Positions 1 through 12,696 are shown, counted from the first letter of the whole stretch. The stretch is 63,350 nt of DNA, filler included, from Octopus bimaculoides (GCF_001194135.2; 4 parts of 4 records of this genome joined end to end with filler, not necessarily neighbours in it); one strand, 5' to 3'. Notes: generated by a model from the sequence alone, not told the origin. A program made the numbers and translations.

Positions 1-96
1 TATATATATATATATGCTTTAGATCTTTGTACAGATGTACATTAAACATGCAATGTAGTCAAACGGAATACTGTTAATAAAATATAACCAAAATAT

Positions 97-300
97 GGCG
101 AGCTGGTAGAATCGTTAGTACACCGGGTAAAATGCTTAGAGGTATTTTGTCCGGAATTTTGTGAGTTCAAATTCCGTCGAGGTTGACCTTATCTTTCATC
201 CTTTCTGGGTCGGTAAAATAAGCACCAGTTCAACAGTGGAGTCGGTGTAATCGTCTTACCTCTTCCCACCAAGTTGCTAACCTTGTGTCAAAATTTTAAA
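97..300 (+). mobile_element. tRNA-derived SINE, family A
   Basis: Head GGCGAGCTGG.AGAA.CGTTAG, B-box-like GAGTTCAAATTCC, then GAGGTCGAC...TTTCATCC...AATAAGTACCAGTT core; more than 15 related copies in the window. Boundaries approximate. Confidence 0.8.
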
Positions 301-330
301 TCAATATAAGATTTATCTAAATATTGAATT

Positions 331-530
331 CATATTTTGGCACAAGGTCAACAATTTCGAGAGGAGTGGGGGGCAAGTCGATTATATCCACACCACTGTT
401 GAATTGATGTTTGTTTTATCGGTCTCGAAATGATTAAAGGCAAAGCAGACCTCGGCGGAATTTGAACATAGAACGCAGAGACGGGCAAAATGCCGCTAAG
501 CATCTACCTCAATATGCTAAAGACCCTGCC
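331..530 (-). mobile_element. SINE family A, inverted neighbour of the 97-300 copy
   Basis: Reverse complement of the family A core (ggcaaagcagacctcggcggaatttgaac...). Confidence 0.75.
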
Positions 531-544
531 TCTATTTATTTATC

Positions 545-574
545 CTAATAATAGCGACTCGCTGATATTGGCTT
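545..574 (-). CDS. Candidate terminal coding exon of an uncharacterised - strand gene (KPISASRYY*)
   Basis: Very strong acceptor tttccttttttcttttatttgcag, phase-0 frame ending in TAG, AATAAA at 540-535 just after the stop; phase matches exon 1142-1342. Confidence 0.5.
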   Translation of the reverse strand, partial: KPISASRYY

Positions 575-1141
575 CTGCAAATAAAAGAAAAAAGGAAAAG
601 GAAAAGAAAACAGAGACGCTAACAACTATTATTATTAATAATAAAAATTATGTGTGAATTTTTCCCAAAATCCAGGGAAATTATATTTATTCCTTTATAT
701 GAGAAGCAACTCTTCAGTTTCCACTATTTATCGAGCTTTCTCTTAAGCGGAGTTGTTGATTGCTTAAAGCAGTAAATAAAACAAAAATCCTTGTGTTATT
801 GAAGGCGACTGCAAAGCATATGAAATATTATATATAAAAACAGCAATTAGAAAGATATTGAAATGTTACATAAGAAATATTTAATCACTTTTGATATTCC
901 AGTTTAAAGGCTTAAATAAGTGAGAGTGAAAGAGCTGATGTGTCTGTTTGTTGGCGTGTTGAGTTTTTGGGTGCGATATTTGAATTGCTAAGTGAGTAAA
1001 ATATGTAGAAATCTGAAGCCGGTACATAATATATAATGTGAACTATTCTCTCATTCCTCAATTCTGTATCTTAGCTTGTCTTTTTCTTTTACTTCTTCGT
1101 CTATGTTATCTCACACGGTATCAATAATTCTGTACTCATAC

Positions 1142-1342
1142 CAAATATACGCCAAGTTCTCTTTCCAAGCTATAATAACTAAAATTGAATCGTTCTAAAA
1201 ATCTGTCTTCTATATAAAAGTCCAAAAATACTTCAGCTCTGATCAGTTTCTGGCCCTCAACACATGTTAGGTACGATGCACATTCGAGTACTGGTCCCAT
1301 ACCTGACACAGAGCTGTTATTACACACACTGATTATCACAGA
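1142..1342 (-). CDS. Candidate internal exon, phase 0/0 (SVIISVCNNSS...FNFSYYSLERELGVYL)
   Basis: Acceptor ctaattcgtcttatttttggtgcag with branch-like CTAAT, 67 open codons, donor TTG|gtatga. An internal CAG|GT site is an alternative junction. Confidence 0.55.
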
Positions 1343-1937
1343 CTGCACCAAAAATAAGACGAATTAGTGGAGTCATTAGAGTGTGGGGCACGAGGATCTA
1401 CGTTATTCCGGCTCTCTGAGTTTTGTATTCAAAATCTTGCTTCTGCTTTCAACTCTTTCAGAGTCGATAAAATAAAGTGATATCCCTGGTGTGTGTATGG
1501 TGGGGGTTGGACTGGCTGAATTGTTAGAACATTGGATGAGATGCATTGTGATATTTGTTCCGACTCTTTTGTAAGTAGTAAACTCAACCTGTTGTCTGGT
1601 TTAATATCACCATTTGGTTTTCGGATACCTTTAGCGGAGTTAATGCTGTTTGCTAACATTCAGTCATATATCCTATTTGAGGATAACTTCCTCCCCTTTT
1701 AATCAACAATCTTAGGTGCTGCACTCCCCTCTTCGTTTAAGCTTTAGAAAACAATGTTATAGGATTGTTTGATTGTACATTACATTAAGGCACTTAGCCA
1801 AGATGTCTTCTCAATCTGTAACTTTTATCATAAATTACAATGGCCAATGCTCCACTGAACTAGCATGTTGCACACAACTTGCAACCAATCCGGATTGTGG
1901 GTCCGGATTCGGCCCAAAATGTTTTTAATTTACTCAC

Positions 1938-1984
1938 GGAGTCAGCCTGTTTCCAAAATAGTATGATATGTTGGGTTACGGCCT
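1938..1984 (-). CDS. Candidate 47-bp exon, phase 1/0 (xAVTQHIILFWKQADS)
   Basis: Acceptor ctttttcaactttactcctag, donor TCC|gtgagt; only the phase-1 frame is open. Confidence 0.5.
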
Positions 1985-2062
1985 CTAGGAGTAAAGTTGA
2001 AAAAGCGTGACACACTGACATTCACATTTATTATATCATATTATATTATTACATTATATTTA

Positions 2063-2280
2063 GGCGGCGAGCGGGCAGAATCATTAGCACGCCGAGCGAA
2101 ATGCTTAAAGGTATTTCGTCGGCCGTTAGGTTTTGAATTCGAATTACGCCGAGGTCGATTTTGCTTTTCATCCTTTTGAGGTCGATAAAATTAGTGCCAG
2201 TTACGTACTTGGGTCGATAGAATTGAGTTAATGCTTTCCCCGAGATTTGAGTCCTTGTGCTTCCTGTAGAAGGGATTTAT
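2063..2280 (+). mobile_element. SINE family A flanked by 45-bp direct repeats
   Basis: Family A head and core; direct repeats at 1992-2036 and 2281-2325 (1 mismatch). Confidence 0.75.
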
Positions 2281-2376
2281 TAAAGTTGAAAAAGTGTGAC
2301 ACACTGACATTCACATTTATTATATTAGATATGTGTAATTTGGGGAAAACTTTATTTCAAATAAGTGTATGATATA

Positions 2377-2563
2377 TCGCTGGCCACTAAACCTTTTTCT
2401 ATTTTCTTTCCCTGTTTATTTCTGTTATCCTTTCTGTATGAAGAGCGTAGGCTCGAAACGTAAAAGACTTTCTCACTTCCTGAGCGTTAAACTAATACAT
2501 CTGTTTGTTGTTTACACACCCGTCTTCGTCTTTTGTTTTTTGTTTTTTTTGCAAATTCTCACT
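2377..2563 (+). mobile_element. Short dispersed repeat carrying a minimal hammerhead-like motif (Penelope-like derivative?)
   Basis: Related copies at about 9095-9300 (+) and 20300-20540 (-); each has CTTT-CTG..GA-A-GAGC-loop-GCTC-GAAACGTH-AAAG or a decayed version. Confidence 0.55.
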
Positions 2564-2713
2564 NNNNNNNNNNNNNNNNNNNNNNNNNNNNNNNNNNNNN
2601 NNNNNNNNNNNNNNNNNNNNNNNNNNNNNNNNNNNNNNNNNNNNNNNNNNNNNNNNNNNNNNNNNNNNNNNNNNNNNNNNNNNNNNNNNNNNNNNNNNNN
2701 NNNNNTATATATA

Positions 2714-2744
<31 letters not shown>

Positions 2745-2802
2745 GTGTGTATGTATGTGTGTGTGTATGTATGTATGTATGTATGTATGCATGTATTGTG
2801 TA

Positions 2803-3165
2803 GGCACAATGGCCCATTGGTTAGGGCAGCAGACTCGCGGTCATAGGATCGCGGTTTCGATTTCCAGACCGGATGTTGTGAGTGTTTATTGGGCGAAAAC
2901 ACATAAAGCTCCATGAGGCTCCGGCAGGAGGATGTGACGAACCCTGCAGTACTCTTTCACTACAACTTTCTCTCACACTTTCTTCCTGTTTCTGTTGTAC
3001 CTGTAATTCAAAGGGCCAGCCTTGTCACATTCTGTGTCACGCTGAATCTCCCCGAGAACTACGTTAAGGGTACACGTGTTTGTGGAGTGCTCAGTCACTT
3101 GCAAGTTAATTTTACGAGCAGATCAGATCAACTGGAACCCTCGTCGTCACAACCAACGGAGTGTC
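2803..3165 (+). mobile_element. tRNA-derived SINE, family C
   Basis: tRNA-like head GGC.CAATGGCCCA.TGGTTAGGGCAGC...GGTTTCGATT; near-identical reverse copy at 14098-14472. Confidence 0.8.
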
Positions 3166-3428
3166 CCACATATATGTATTAAAGAAAGCAAAAAAATAAA
3201 ACAAAAATAATAGTGGTCAGTATGTTGGCGGCAGGAATTTCTGTCAAAGAGACGTGGTTAAACAAAATTGTACATCATCATCTCCTTCTTTCTCTCACAT
3301 ACTCACTCTTTCTCTTTTATTATTACTCCCTCCCTCAGTCACCATCAACACTACTACCTTTTACAAAACATCGTCAACTCTCCCTAAATTTCTTTGTCTC
3401 TCTTTCTCTCCCTCTCTTTGTCTTTCTT

Positions 3429-3491
<63 letters not shown>

Positions 3492-3638
3492 GTCTTCGCC
3501 ACCACCCTCGCCGTCTCTATGCCTATTATTACTCTCACCCCATCATGCGGAATAGTAAGAGTGTCATTGAATAGTGAGAGAGGGGTTTCTAAGTGTGACA
3601 CACTGACACACAGAAATTAGTTTTCGCCTTTATTATAT

Positions 3639-3713
<75 letters not shown>

Positions 3714-4062
3714 NNNNNNNNNNNNNNNNNNNNNNNNNNNNNNNNNNNNNNNNNNNNNNNNNNNNNNNNNNNNNNNNNNNNNNNNNNNNNNNNNNNNNNN
3801 NNNNNNNNNNNNNNNNNNNNNNNNNNNNNNNNNNNNNNNNNNNNNNNNNNNNNNNNNNNNNNNNNNNNNNNNNNNNNNNNNNNNNNNNNNNNNNNNNNNN
3901 NNNNNNNNNNNNNNNNNNNNNNNNNNNNNNNNNNNNNNNNNNNNNNNNNNNNNNNNNNNNNNNNNNNNNNNNNNNNNNNNNNNNNNNNNNNNNNNNNNNN
4001 NNNNNNNNNNNNNNNNNNNNNNNNNNNNNNNNNNNNNNNNNNNNNNNNNNNNNNNNNNNNNN

Positions 4063-4120
<58 letters not shown>

Positions 4121-5983
4121 ATATTCAAACAGAGAAAGAGTTTGATAATTCCTCTTCAAAAACAACTACATGCGGCTCCAGAACTATATGTTCTTTAACA
4201 ACATTCTCAGCAATTTTTTTCATTGAAGACTATAAACGTGCACATTAACCGGAGAACTACTTGAGAACACTGCAACTCTTTGTCCTGCTAAAGAATAAAA
4301 AGGTTATTGAAGACACAAGTCGAATGTCAATCAAGAGAGAAATATGCCTGGCCCTCTCACCATCCCAATGTCAGGCTTTCTGCGTTCGTGTTTGTTGAAA
4401 TGCCTCACAAACCAGATAACTATTTTCTGCCAAGATACATTTTGACTGAAATGACAACTCAATGCAGTTTAATAAGCTTGTTTTTTTTTTCTTTTATCCT
4501 AAGACACCATCTTGTCGCAATGAATCGGGAAAAATAAATTGAACAATCTTGATAATCCACCAGCATCTGATTGGTATTTCATTTAAAAGTNNNNNNNNNN
4601 NNNNNNNNNNNNNNNNNNNNNNNNNNNNNNNNNNNNNNNNNNNNNNNNNNNNNNNNNNNNNNNNNNNNNNNNNNNNNNNNNNNNNNNNNNNNNNNNNNNN
4701 NNNNNNNNNNNNNNNNNNNNNNNNNNNNNNNNNNNNNNNNNNNNNNNNNNNNNNNNNNNNNNNNNNNNNNNNNNNNNNNNNNNNNNNNNNNNNNNNNNNN
4801 NNNNNNNNNNNNNNNNNNNNNNNNNNNNNNNNNNNNNNNNNNNNNNNNNNNNNNNNNNNNNNNNNNNNNNNNNNNNNNNNNNNNNNNNNNNNNNNNNNNN
4901 NNNNNNNNNNNNNNNNNNNNNNNNNNNNNNNNNNNNNNNNNNNNNNNNNNNNNNNNNNNNNNNNNNNNNNNNNNNNNNNNNNNNNNNNNNNNNNNNNNNN
5001 NNNNNNNNNNNNNNNNNNNNNNNNNNNNNNNNNNNNNNNNNNNNNNNNNNNNNNNNNNNNNNNNNNNNNNNNNNNNNNNNNNNNNNNNNNNNNNNNNNNN
5101 NNNNNNNNNNNNNNNNNNNNNNNNNNNNNNNNNNNNNNNNNNNNNNNNNNNNNNNNNNNNNNNNNNNNNNNNNNNNNNNNNNNNNNNNNNNNNNNNNNNN
5201 NNNNNNNNNNNNNNNNNNNNNNNNNNNNNNNNNNNNNNNNNNNNNNNNNNNNNNNNNNNNNNNNNNNNNNNNNNNNNNNNNNNNNNNNNNNNNNNNNNNN
5301 NNNNNNNNNNNNNNNNNNNNNNNNNNNNNNNNNNNNNNNNNNNNNNNNNNNNNNNNNNNNNNNNNNNNNNNNNNNNNNNNNNNNNNNNNNNNNNNNNNNN
5401 NNNNNNNNNNNNNNNNNNNNNNNNNNNNNNNNNNNNNNNNNNNNNNNNNNNNNNNNNNNNNNNNNNNNNNNNNNNNNNNNNNNNNNNNNNNNNNNNNNNN
5501 NNNNNNNNNNNNNNNNNNNNNNNNNNNNNNNNNNNNNNNNNNNNNNNNNNNNNNNNNNNNNNNNNNNNNNNNNNNNATATATATATATATATATATACGA
5601 CGGGCCCCTTTCAGTTTCCATCAACCAAAATCCACTCACAAGGCTTTGGTCGGCTCGAGGGTATAGTAGAAAACACTTGCCCAAAGTGCCACTCCTGCGC
5701 CTATTATGTGTATGTGTGTGTGTGTATGTGTTTGTGTATGTGTGTGTACATATATATGTATATACATACACACAGATATCAGACACATGTACACATTCAT
5801 ATCTATATGTATAATTATATAAGTATATAAATATACATATATACAATTATTTGTATTTATGCTTGTGTGTATGTATGTATGTATGTATGTATATATGTTT
5901 GTGTGTATGTATGTATGTATGTATGTATGTATGTATGCATATATGTATGTATGTATGTGTGTGTACGTATGTATGTATATATA

Positions 5984-6019
<36 letters not shown>

Positions 6020-6732
6020 TGTATGTATGTGTGTATGTATGTATTTACACATATGCATATAAATCAGATCATAAAGAGCCGGAACGAACTCTACAAGTTA
6101 CTTTGTCCGTCGCTCCAACGATTCTGTCAATTCGCCGTCGTAACATTTGAAAATTGTTTTTGTCAAATAAAACCCACGTGCTTTTTACAAAAATCCGCCA
6201 TTGGAAGAAAATAACAGACATCATATTATTCATTATACTCATCTGGAAGATATGTAATAATGAGAACAGGATTTAAGTATTTTCAGTCAGTGAACTTTTA
6301 ATTGGAATCTTTTATAAAGATTCCTAGAGTCCATCCTCTTTTAGAAATGGAATAGTGGAATTCATCAAAAGAAAAATGGTTTGAATTAGGAAAGTAATTT
6401 ATCATAATAACAGTAGTTTCATTGTAAGAGATGTAACAGATGGTAGTCAGATGTATAATGGATTAGCATAAATATAGTAACAGATTAACCAGTTAACTTC
6501 ATTCAAATAATAAAGGTGATGAAGATGAAGACAACGACGACGACGACAATGATGACGACAATGATGATGGTGATGATCATTTAAGTATGTTCTGGTCAAG
6601 GCCGCGCATTCCTCCTAAAATTTCAAACATATACATACATTTATCTATTTACTTACCTACTTGTATATGAGCTATCTCTCCATCTATCTCTCTATTTATC
6701 TATCTATTTGTTTATCATTCTGTCTATGTGCG

Positions 6733-6773
<41 letters not shown>

Positions 6774-6819
6774 GTACGTGTATGTGTGTGCCTATATACA
6801 TATATGTATGTGTGTGATA

Positions 6820-6867
<48 letters not shown>

Positions 6868-7919
6868 NNNNNNNNNNNNNNNNNNNNNNNNNNNNNNNNN
6901 NNNNNNNNNNNNNNNNNNNNNNNNNNNNNNNNNNNNNNNNNNNNNNNNNNNNATATATGCACGCACGCACACACACATACGCACACGCACACATACACAC
7001 ACACACATACACACACACACATACATAAATACATACGTGAAGAGAGGGAGGGGTATTTATCTATTTGTCTATTTATATATCCGTACAACATATCTGTTTG
7101 TTTAAATGTATGTCTCGAAAAACAACACTAGTTTCTGTTATCGTTATGTTGCCAACTTTCAGCTCCATAGATTTTTTACCCTTACAGAACATCCCTTTTG
7201 TTGCGTGTTGTTGATTCTATCTTTCAATTGTTTAATTATAGACAATTCTGTTTCCTATTTCAGGGAAGTAAAATTTTATACATTCATTTCGTGATTCATT
7301 TGTCACTAACTTAACAAGTACGATGAAGTTCCTGATTCGCTGACGAAGTCAGAATGATACTCGAATGAATTTAAAGTTATCTCCCCTATTTTACAGAAAA
7401 ACGTTGAGTAATAACGGTTTTTCACCTTGTTGTATGTTTATTTCTTCTTAGCTTTTTAATGTCTCGTGCGTTAAATATTTTAAGCTATGTAGCCAATTGC
7501 AGCATTATATATCGATATGTATGTCTTATTATGAACCAGATTTTTTCATTATATTTTGTGCTTTTTACTTGTAAACAACACTGGTTGTCAAACAGGAGTG
7601 GAACACGCACACATACACACAGACACATATACACACATAGAAACCGCGCGCACGCACACACACACACGGTCACTTCGGCAATATAACTACACACGTACTG
7701 TCAGCATTTTCTTTTCATTCTTTGGACTTTTCCCTTTCTCCTTTCCGATGAAGTGCTACGCGCGTAACGTCAGAAATTCTCTCAACTGAGTGTTCAGCTA
7801 ATACATTCCTTGTGCACGTCCTGTTAATTTTGTTTCATTTATTTCAATTGATTGTTTATTTCAATTTACATATATATATATATATATATATATTACTCTT
7901 TTACTTGTTTCAGTCGTTT

Positions 7920-8280
7920 GACTGTGGCTGTGTGGTAAGTAGATTGCTACCAACCACATGGTTTCGAATTTAGTCCCACTGCGTGACACCTTGGGCATGT
8001 GTCTTCTACTATAACCTCGGACCGACCAAAGCCTTCTGAGTAGATTTGGTTGACGGAAACTGAAATAAGCCCGTCGTATATATATATGTATATGTATATA
8101 TGTGTGTGTGGGTGTATGTTTGTGTGTCTGTGCTTGTCCCCCCAACATTGCTTGAGAACCGGTGTTGGTGTGTTTATGTCCCCGTAACTTAGCGGTTCGG
8201 CAAAACTGATCGATGGAATAAGTACTAGGCCACAGTCAAATGACTGAAACAAGTAAAAGAGAATAAAAGAGAATAGAGTC
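7920..8280 (+). mobile_element. SINE family B with internal (TA)/(TG) microsatellite
   Basis: A-box-like TGGCTGTGTGG, B-box-like GGTTTCGAAT, ...GGAAACTGAA..AGCCCGTCG-(TA)n(TG)n-TTTGTCCCCCC...GTCAAATGACTGAAACAAGTAAAAG. Confidence 0.8.
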
Positions 8281-8654
8281 ATACAGTCATCGACTGCTAT
8301 TTCCAGCAAACATTGGTGCCTTGTTGTACCAGTATTGTATATATATATATTCTACAGGCTTCTTTCAGTTTCCGTCTACCAAATTCACTCACAGGGTTTT
8401 GGTCGGCTCGAAGAGAGACACTTGCCCAAGGTGCCACGCGTGGGAAGCAAGCTTCTATATCATACGCAGGAGTATATGGGTGACTAATGATTCTAATATC
8501 TTTCTTGACCATACTTTTGAGGTAGGATTAGACCACAGCTATTGGAATGGTCCACTTATAACTGGAAAAAATAATCGCGCCTCAGTTGCAGTCATGATAC
8601 ACCGAGTTTACAAATACTTGACCAGAGATTCAAACATCTCCCCTGGTTATACTT

Positions 8655-8708
<54 letters not shown>

Positions 8709-9094
8709 CGTGCGTGCGCGTATGTGTGTATATCATTGTGTGTGTTTGTGTGTATTTCTGTGTATAACATACCATTCTAAGTAATGTTACTTATAAATGT
8801 TCGTAGCAACGAGATTGACTCTACGTGGAGGCTCACCGTCTAGAAATAGTTGCTAAACTACAAATCTGCTTTAAATTAAACTCTACAGTCTTTAAAGATA
8901 CAGTTGTCCGAAGCGTCGGATACATTTATCTAGAAGCCATTTGCCTTAAATTAAATCAAGATTATTGTGGCTTGCAGCGCCTTTCATCATAGGTCTACTA
9001 GATCAAGGGTAACTGATGATTAAAAACAAATATAAAAAGAAAAGTCTTTATTCAAATCTTAGTAACATATCTTATGGCTTTGGTAACCATGATT

Positions 9095-9300
9095 GATTGC
9101 TAGCCACTAAACCTTTTTTTTATTTTCTCTTCCTGTTTATTTCTGTTCCTTTCTATCGAAGAGCGAAGGCTCGAAATGTAAAAGACGTTCTCATTTCCCG
9201 ACCGTTAAACTAATATATCTGTTTGTTGTTTACACTCCCATCTTCGTCTTTTGTTTTGTTTATTTTATTTTTTTTTTTTTTTTGTAAATTCCAACTATTT
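9095..9300 (+). mobile_element. Second copy of the hammerhead-motif repeat
   Basis: Aligns by eye with 2377-2563 over most of its length. Confidence 0.55.
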
Positions 9301-9312
9301 TATGGCTTAACC

Positions 9313-9534
9313 CAGTGGTTCTCAACCATGTTTACCCATGGACCCATTTGGCTCCTGTTTCACACCCTCATAACCATTGATGTTTGAAGAATTCTATTAT
9401 ATTTTTATAATTAAATATTAAGAATTGTATCTTAAAAATTGTTTAAATGTTTTTTGTATTGTAGAAGCATAACCTTAGAACAAAACCTTATGTAGATCCT
9501 CTAAGGTCATATAGACCCCCGTTGAGAACCATTG
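9313..9534. mobile_element. hAT-like MITE
   Basis: 14-bp TIRs CAGTGGTTCTCAAC / GTTGAGAACCATTG (13/14); 8-bp flanks gcttaacc / ccttagac match 5/8 (decayed TSD). Confidence 0.65.
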
Positions 9535-10255
9535 CCTTAGACACAGGACGAAAGGACTACACCCATTATCTTATCGAAGCTTCGGAGACGGGTGACAAGA
9601 TAAAAATGAAGAAATTATCTTCAAATTGGGAACAGTCCAAATATAGGCAGCAGAGTAGAATCCAAAACATGCACACAAAGACTAGATGGTGCTATTAGAT
9701 TCCTAAAAACAAAGAAGTCCTCTGACGAGCTTCCATGGAACTTCCATTAACCAAATTTCAAGTTTATTGTAGGGAATACATTCACAAGTTGCTGCACATT
9801 GGAATTGAACCAGAAACCATAGAGTTTTGAAGAGAACTTCTTATTCTCGTAGTTATTCCTGCGGCTATTGTGCATTCTTTCTAATCAGTAATTAAAGAAA
9901 AAATCTCAGAATTTCATTAACTGTTATAATTAATTAGATTGCATAGACAAATAATTCCTACTCTCAAGTCTTCCAATAACTCGCTAAAGTTTTAAGTTTG
10001 TTTTAATTCTTAACATTTGTTATGTCCTCGGATGAAGCTTTCGGTTAAAAAGAGGAAAAAATGGTGGAAAAATTATAAACAAATATGTATTATTTTACAT
10101 TCTTCTGCATTCGTAGAAATGGTTTTCTTTCTTTCGTTATAAATACATACGCTCATACACGCACACAAACACTCACACACAAACAAATAATTATTTGGGT
10201 TTCCTCTTCTCCTTTTCCATTTCACCATGTCTTAGCAATTTTTTTCAGAATGTGC

Positions 10256-10294
<39 letters not shown>

Positions 10295-10546
10295 GCTTAT
10301 ATATAATGACATTCTTAAGTAATTTTTTATGGATAGATTTCTGAAAATTTTATGTGTACATATATGTACATGTCGGTTTATACACACATTCGCGCTCACA
10401 CACACACACACAGGCACGCACACACACATGTGCACGCACACGCACACACACACACACACACATATATAATGTATGTATATGTATACATATACGTACGTAC
10501 TTAAGTATATATTGCGATGTGTTTTAGTACATATATATACATACAT

Positions 10547-10577
<31 letters not shown>

Positions 10578-10637
10578 NNNNNNNNNNNNNNNNNNNNNNN
10601 NNNNNNNNNNNNNNNNNNNNNNNNNNNNNNNNNNNNN

Positions 10638-10670
<33 letters not shown>

Positions 10671-11114
10671 TACGTATACATTTGTTTATACGTGCATGTA
10701 TACACTGATAAAAAACAAAGAGAGATGGCTTAGGGCGGAGGAGGGAAAAAGCATGAAAACGGCAGAGGGAGATTAGCTATTTCCAACAACAGGAAGAACT
10801 GACTAGTTTTGGGGACAAAAATAAAGAAACCAACGGAGAATACAGCTAGCAGTCATTTCAACCGAATATAGAGACTGCTTTGTTTATCATGTAACGTGAA
10901 ATATCTGTTTACTGAGACATCATGGTGATAGAGTCGAAGAAGTGGGTACAAACGAACGAAGAGTCAGCGTGGTTAAGGGAGACAGTAAAAGAGAAATTGA
11001 ATGATAATGGGTAGCTGCAATGGTAGATGGTAGAGAATTAGTATATGTGGTGACCAATGGCTGTGGTTGTAGGCGGTTGTATAGTTACAATGCACAGTGA
11101 CAACTAGTTATTTT

Positions 11115-11328
11115 GACATCAAATTTTGGCACAAGTCTAGCAATTTCGAGGGAGTGGTTAAATCGACTACATCCACCCCAGTACTCAATTGCTACTTATT
11201 TTATCGATCCCGAAATGATGAAATGCAAAGTCGACCTTGGCGGAATTTGAACTCAGAACGTAAAGATGGACAAAATGCCGCTAAGTATTTTGGCCGGCAT
11301 GCTAACGTTTCTGCCATCTCGTCACCTT
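11115..11328 (-). mobile_element. SINE family A
   Basis: Reverse complement of the family A core. Confidence 0.75.
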
Positions 11329-11472
11329 AACCACTAGTTATATTGGATGACTGTTGTGGTGACCAATAATTACATTACGAGACGAGTGTAAATGTACAGA
11401 GCGTTGTGACCAATATCTGAGGTGATGGATGAATGCAATATGCAATGACCAGTTGTTATAATGATAAAACAA

Positions 11473-11632
11473 GGAGTGGCTATGTGGTAAGTAGCTTGCT
11501 TACCAACCACATGGTACCGGGTTCAGTCCCATTGCATGGCACCTTGGGTTAGAGTCTTCTACTATAGCCTCGGGCCGACCAATCCCTTGTGAGTTGATTT
11601 GGTAGACGGAAACTGAAAGAAGCCCGTCATAG

Positions 11633-11680
<48 letters not shown>

Positions 11681-11885
11681 TTCTGTGTCTGTGTTTGTCT
11701 CCCCACCATAGCTTGATAACCGATGCTGGTATGTAAACGTCCCCATAACACTAGCGGTTCAGCAAAAGTGACCCATAGAATAAGTACTAGGCTTACAAAG
11801 AATAAGTCCTGGGGTCGATTCGTTCGACTAAAGGCGATGCTCCAGCATGGCTGCAGTCAAATGACTCAAACAAATAAAAGAAAAA
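11473..11885 (+). mobile_element. SINE family B, near full length
   Basis: Complete head, internal (TA)n, and 3' body ending GTCAAATGACTCAAACAAATAAAAG. Confidence 0.85.
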
Positions 11886-12227
11886 AATATTCTAGTCGCA
11901 ATATCTTTCGTTCTCTAATTTGCTCACTAGCTCCCTCTCTAAACTGTTGTCTCTGTAGTTACCTCTTTTAATTCTGTGCTAAACTGATTGCCGTTTCTGT
12001 TGCAACCCCTTTTTACAGCGTTCTACCAGATGGTGTTAGTGATCACTCTCATCAGTCGCCGCCAAAATAATTTGTTAATATGATCATCGTAAGTTTCACA
12101 CACTGCGGAAAACGTTTTTAGCTTCTAGGGCACCTGGATTCCGATGTATAATTCCAATTTAAACCCATCGCAAATTTATTATCTGTGTTTCAACCGTTTA
12201 AAAATACACATATTTGAATCCACTGAC

Positions 12228-12358
12228 GTAACAAATTCTCTATCTGGATAAGACCTGGACCACTCCATGAGGTTTCTCCATGTCTACACACTGGAACATT
12301 CGGAAGATCCAATCTGTACTTGCCTGGAAGATGGAACTGCCGGATCAGCTTTGCAAGT
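12228..12358 (-). CDS. Candidate exon, phase 2/1 (xLAKLIRQFHLPGKYRLDLPNVPVCRHGETSWSGPGLIQIENLL)
   Basis: Complex non-repetitive sequence inside an open frame; acceptor tatgtataatag (weak), donor C|gtcagt; phases bridge exons 22435-22676 and 1938-1984. Confidence 0.35.
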
Positions 12359-12696
12359 CTATTATACATACTTCTGTTATTTGTCAGTCTCACAGACCCA
12401 GCGTTCATTTGATATTTCATTCTAGTCAAATGCGGTGAGATGGCGGAATTGTTAACGCGTCGGACAAAATACCTAGCGGCGTTTTTTCCGTCCTTACGTT
12501 CTGAGTTCAAATACCGCGAGGGTCGACTTTGCCTTTAATCCTTTCGGGTTCGATAAAATAAGTACCAGTTGAGCATTGGATTCGATGTAATCGATTCCTG
12601 CTGAAATTGCTGGCCTTGTGCTGAAGGTTAAAACTATTATTATTATTGTTGTTATCGTTGTTGTTGTTGTCGTCGTTGTTGCTGTTGAGTTTCAAG

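Noticed and set aside
1429-1659. 76-aa minus ORF between two candidate exons
   Set aside because: No convincing phase-0/0 acceptor and donor pair, and no recognisable motif.
2803-2875. tRNA-like sequences at SINE heads
   Set aside because: They continue into SINE bodies and lack a complete cloverleaf; not called as tRNA genes.
6102-6242. Minus-strand 141-bp open exon-like segment (ttccag ... AAA|gtaact)
   Set aside because: Phase 0/0 cannot sit between the flanking phase-1 junctions without further unseen exons; left unassigned.
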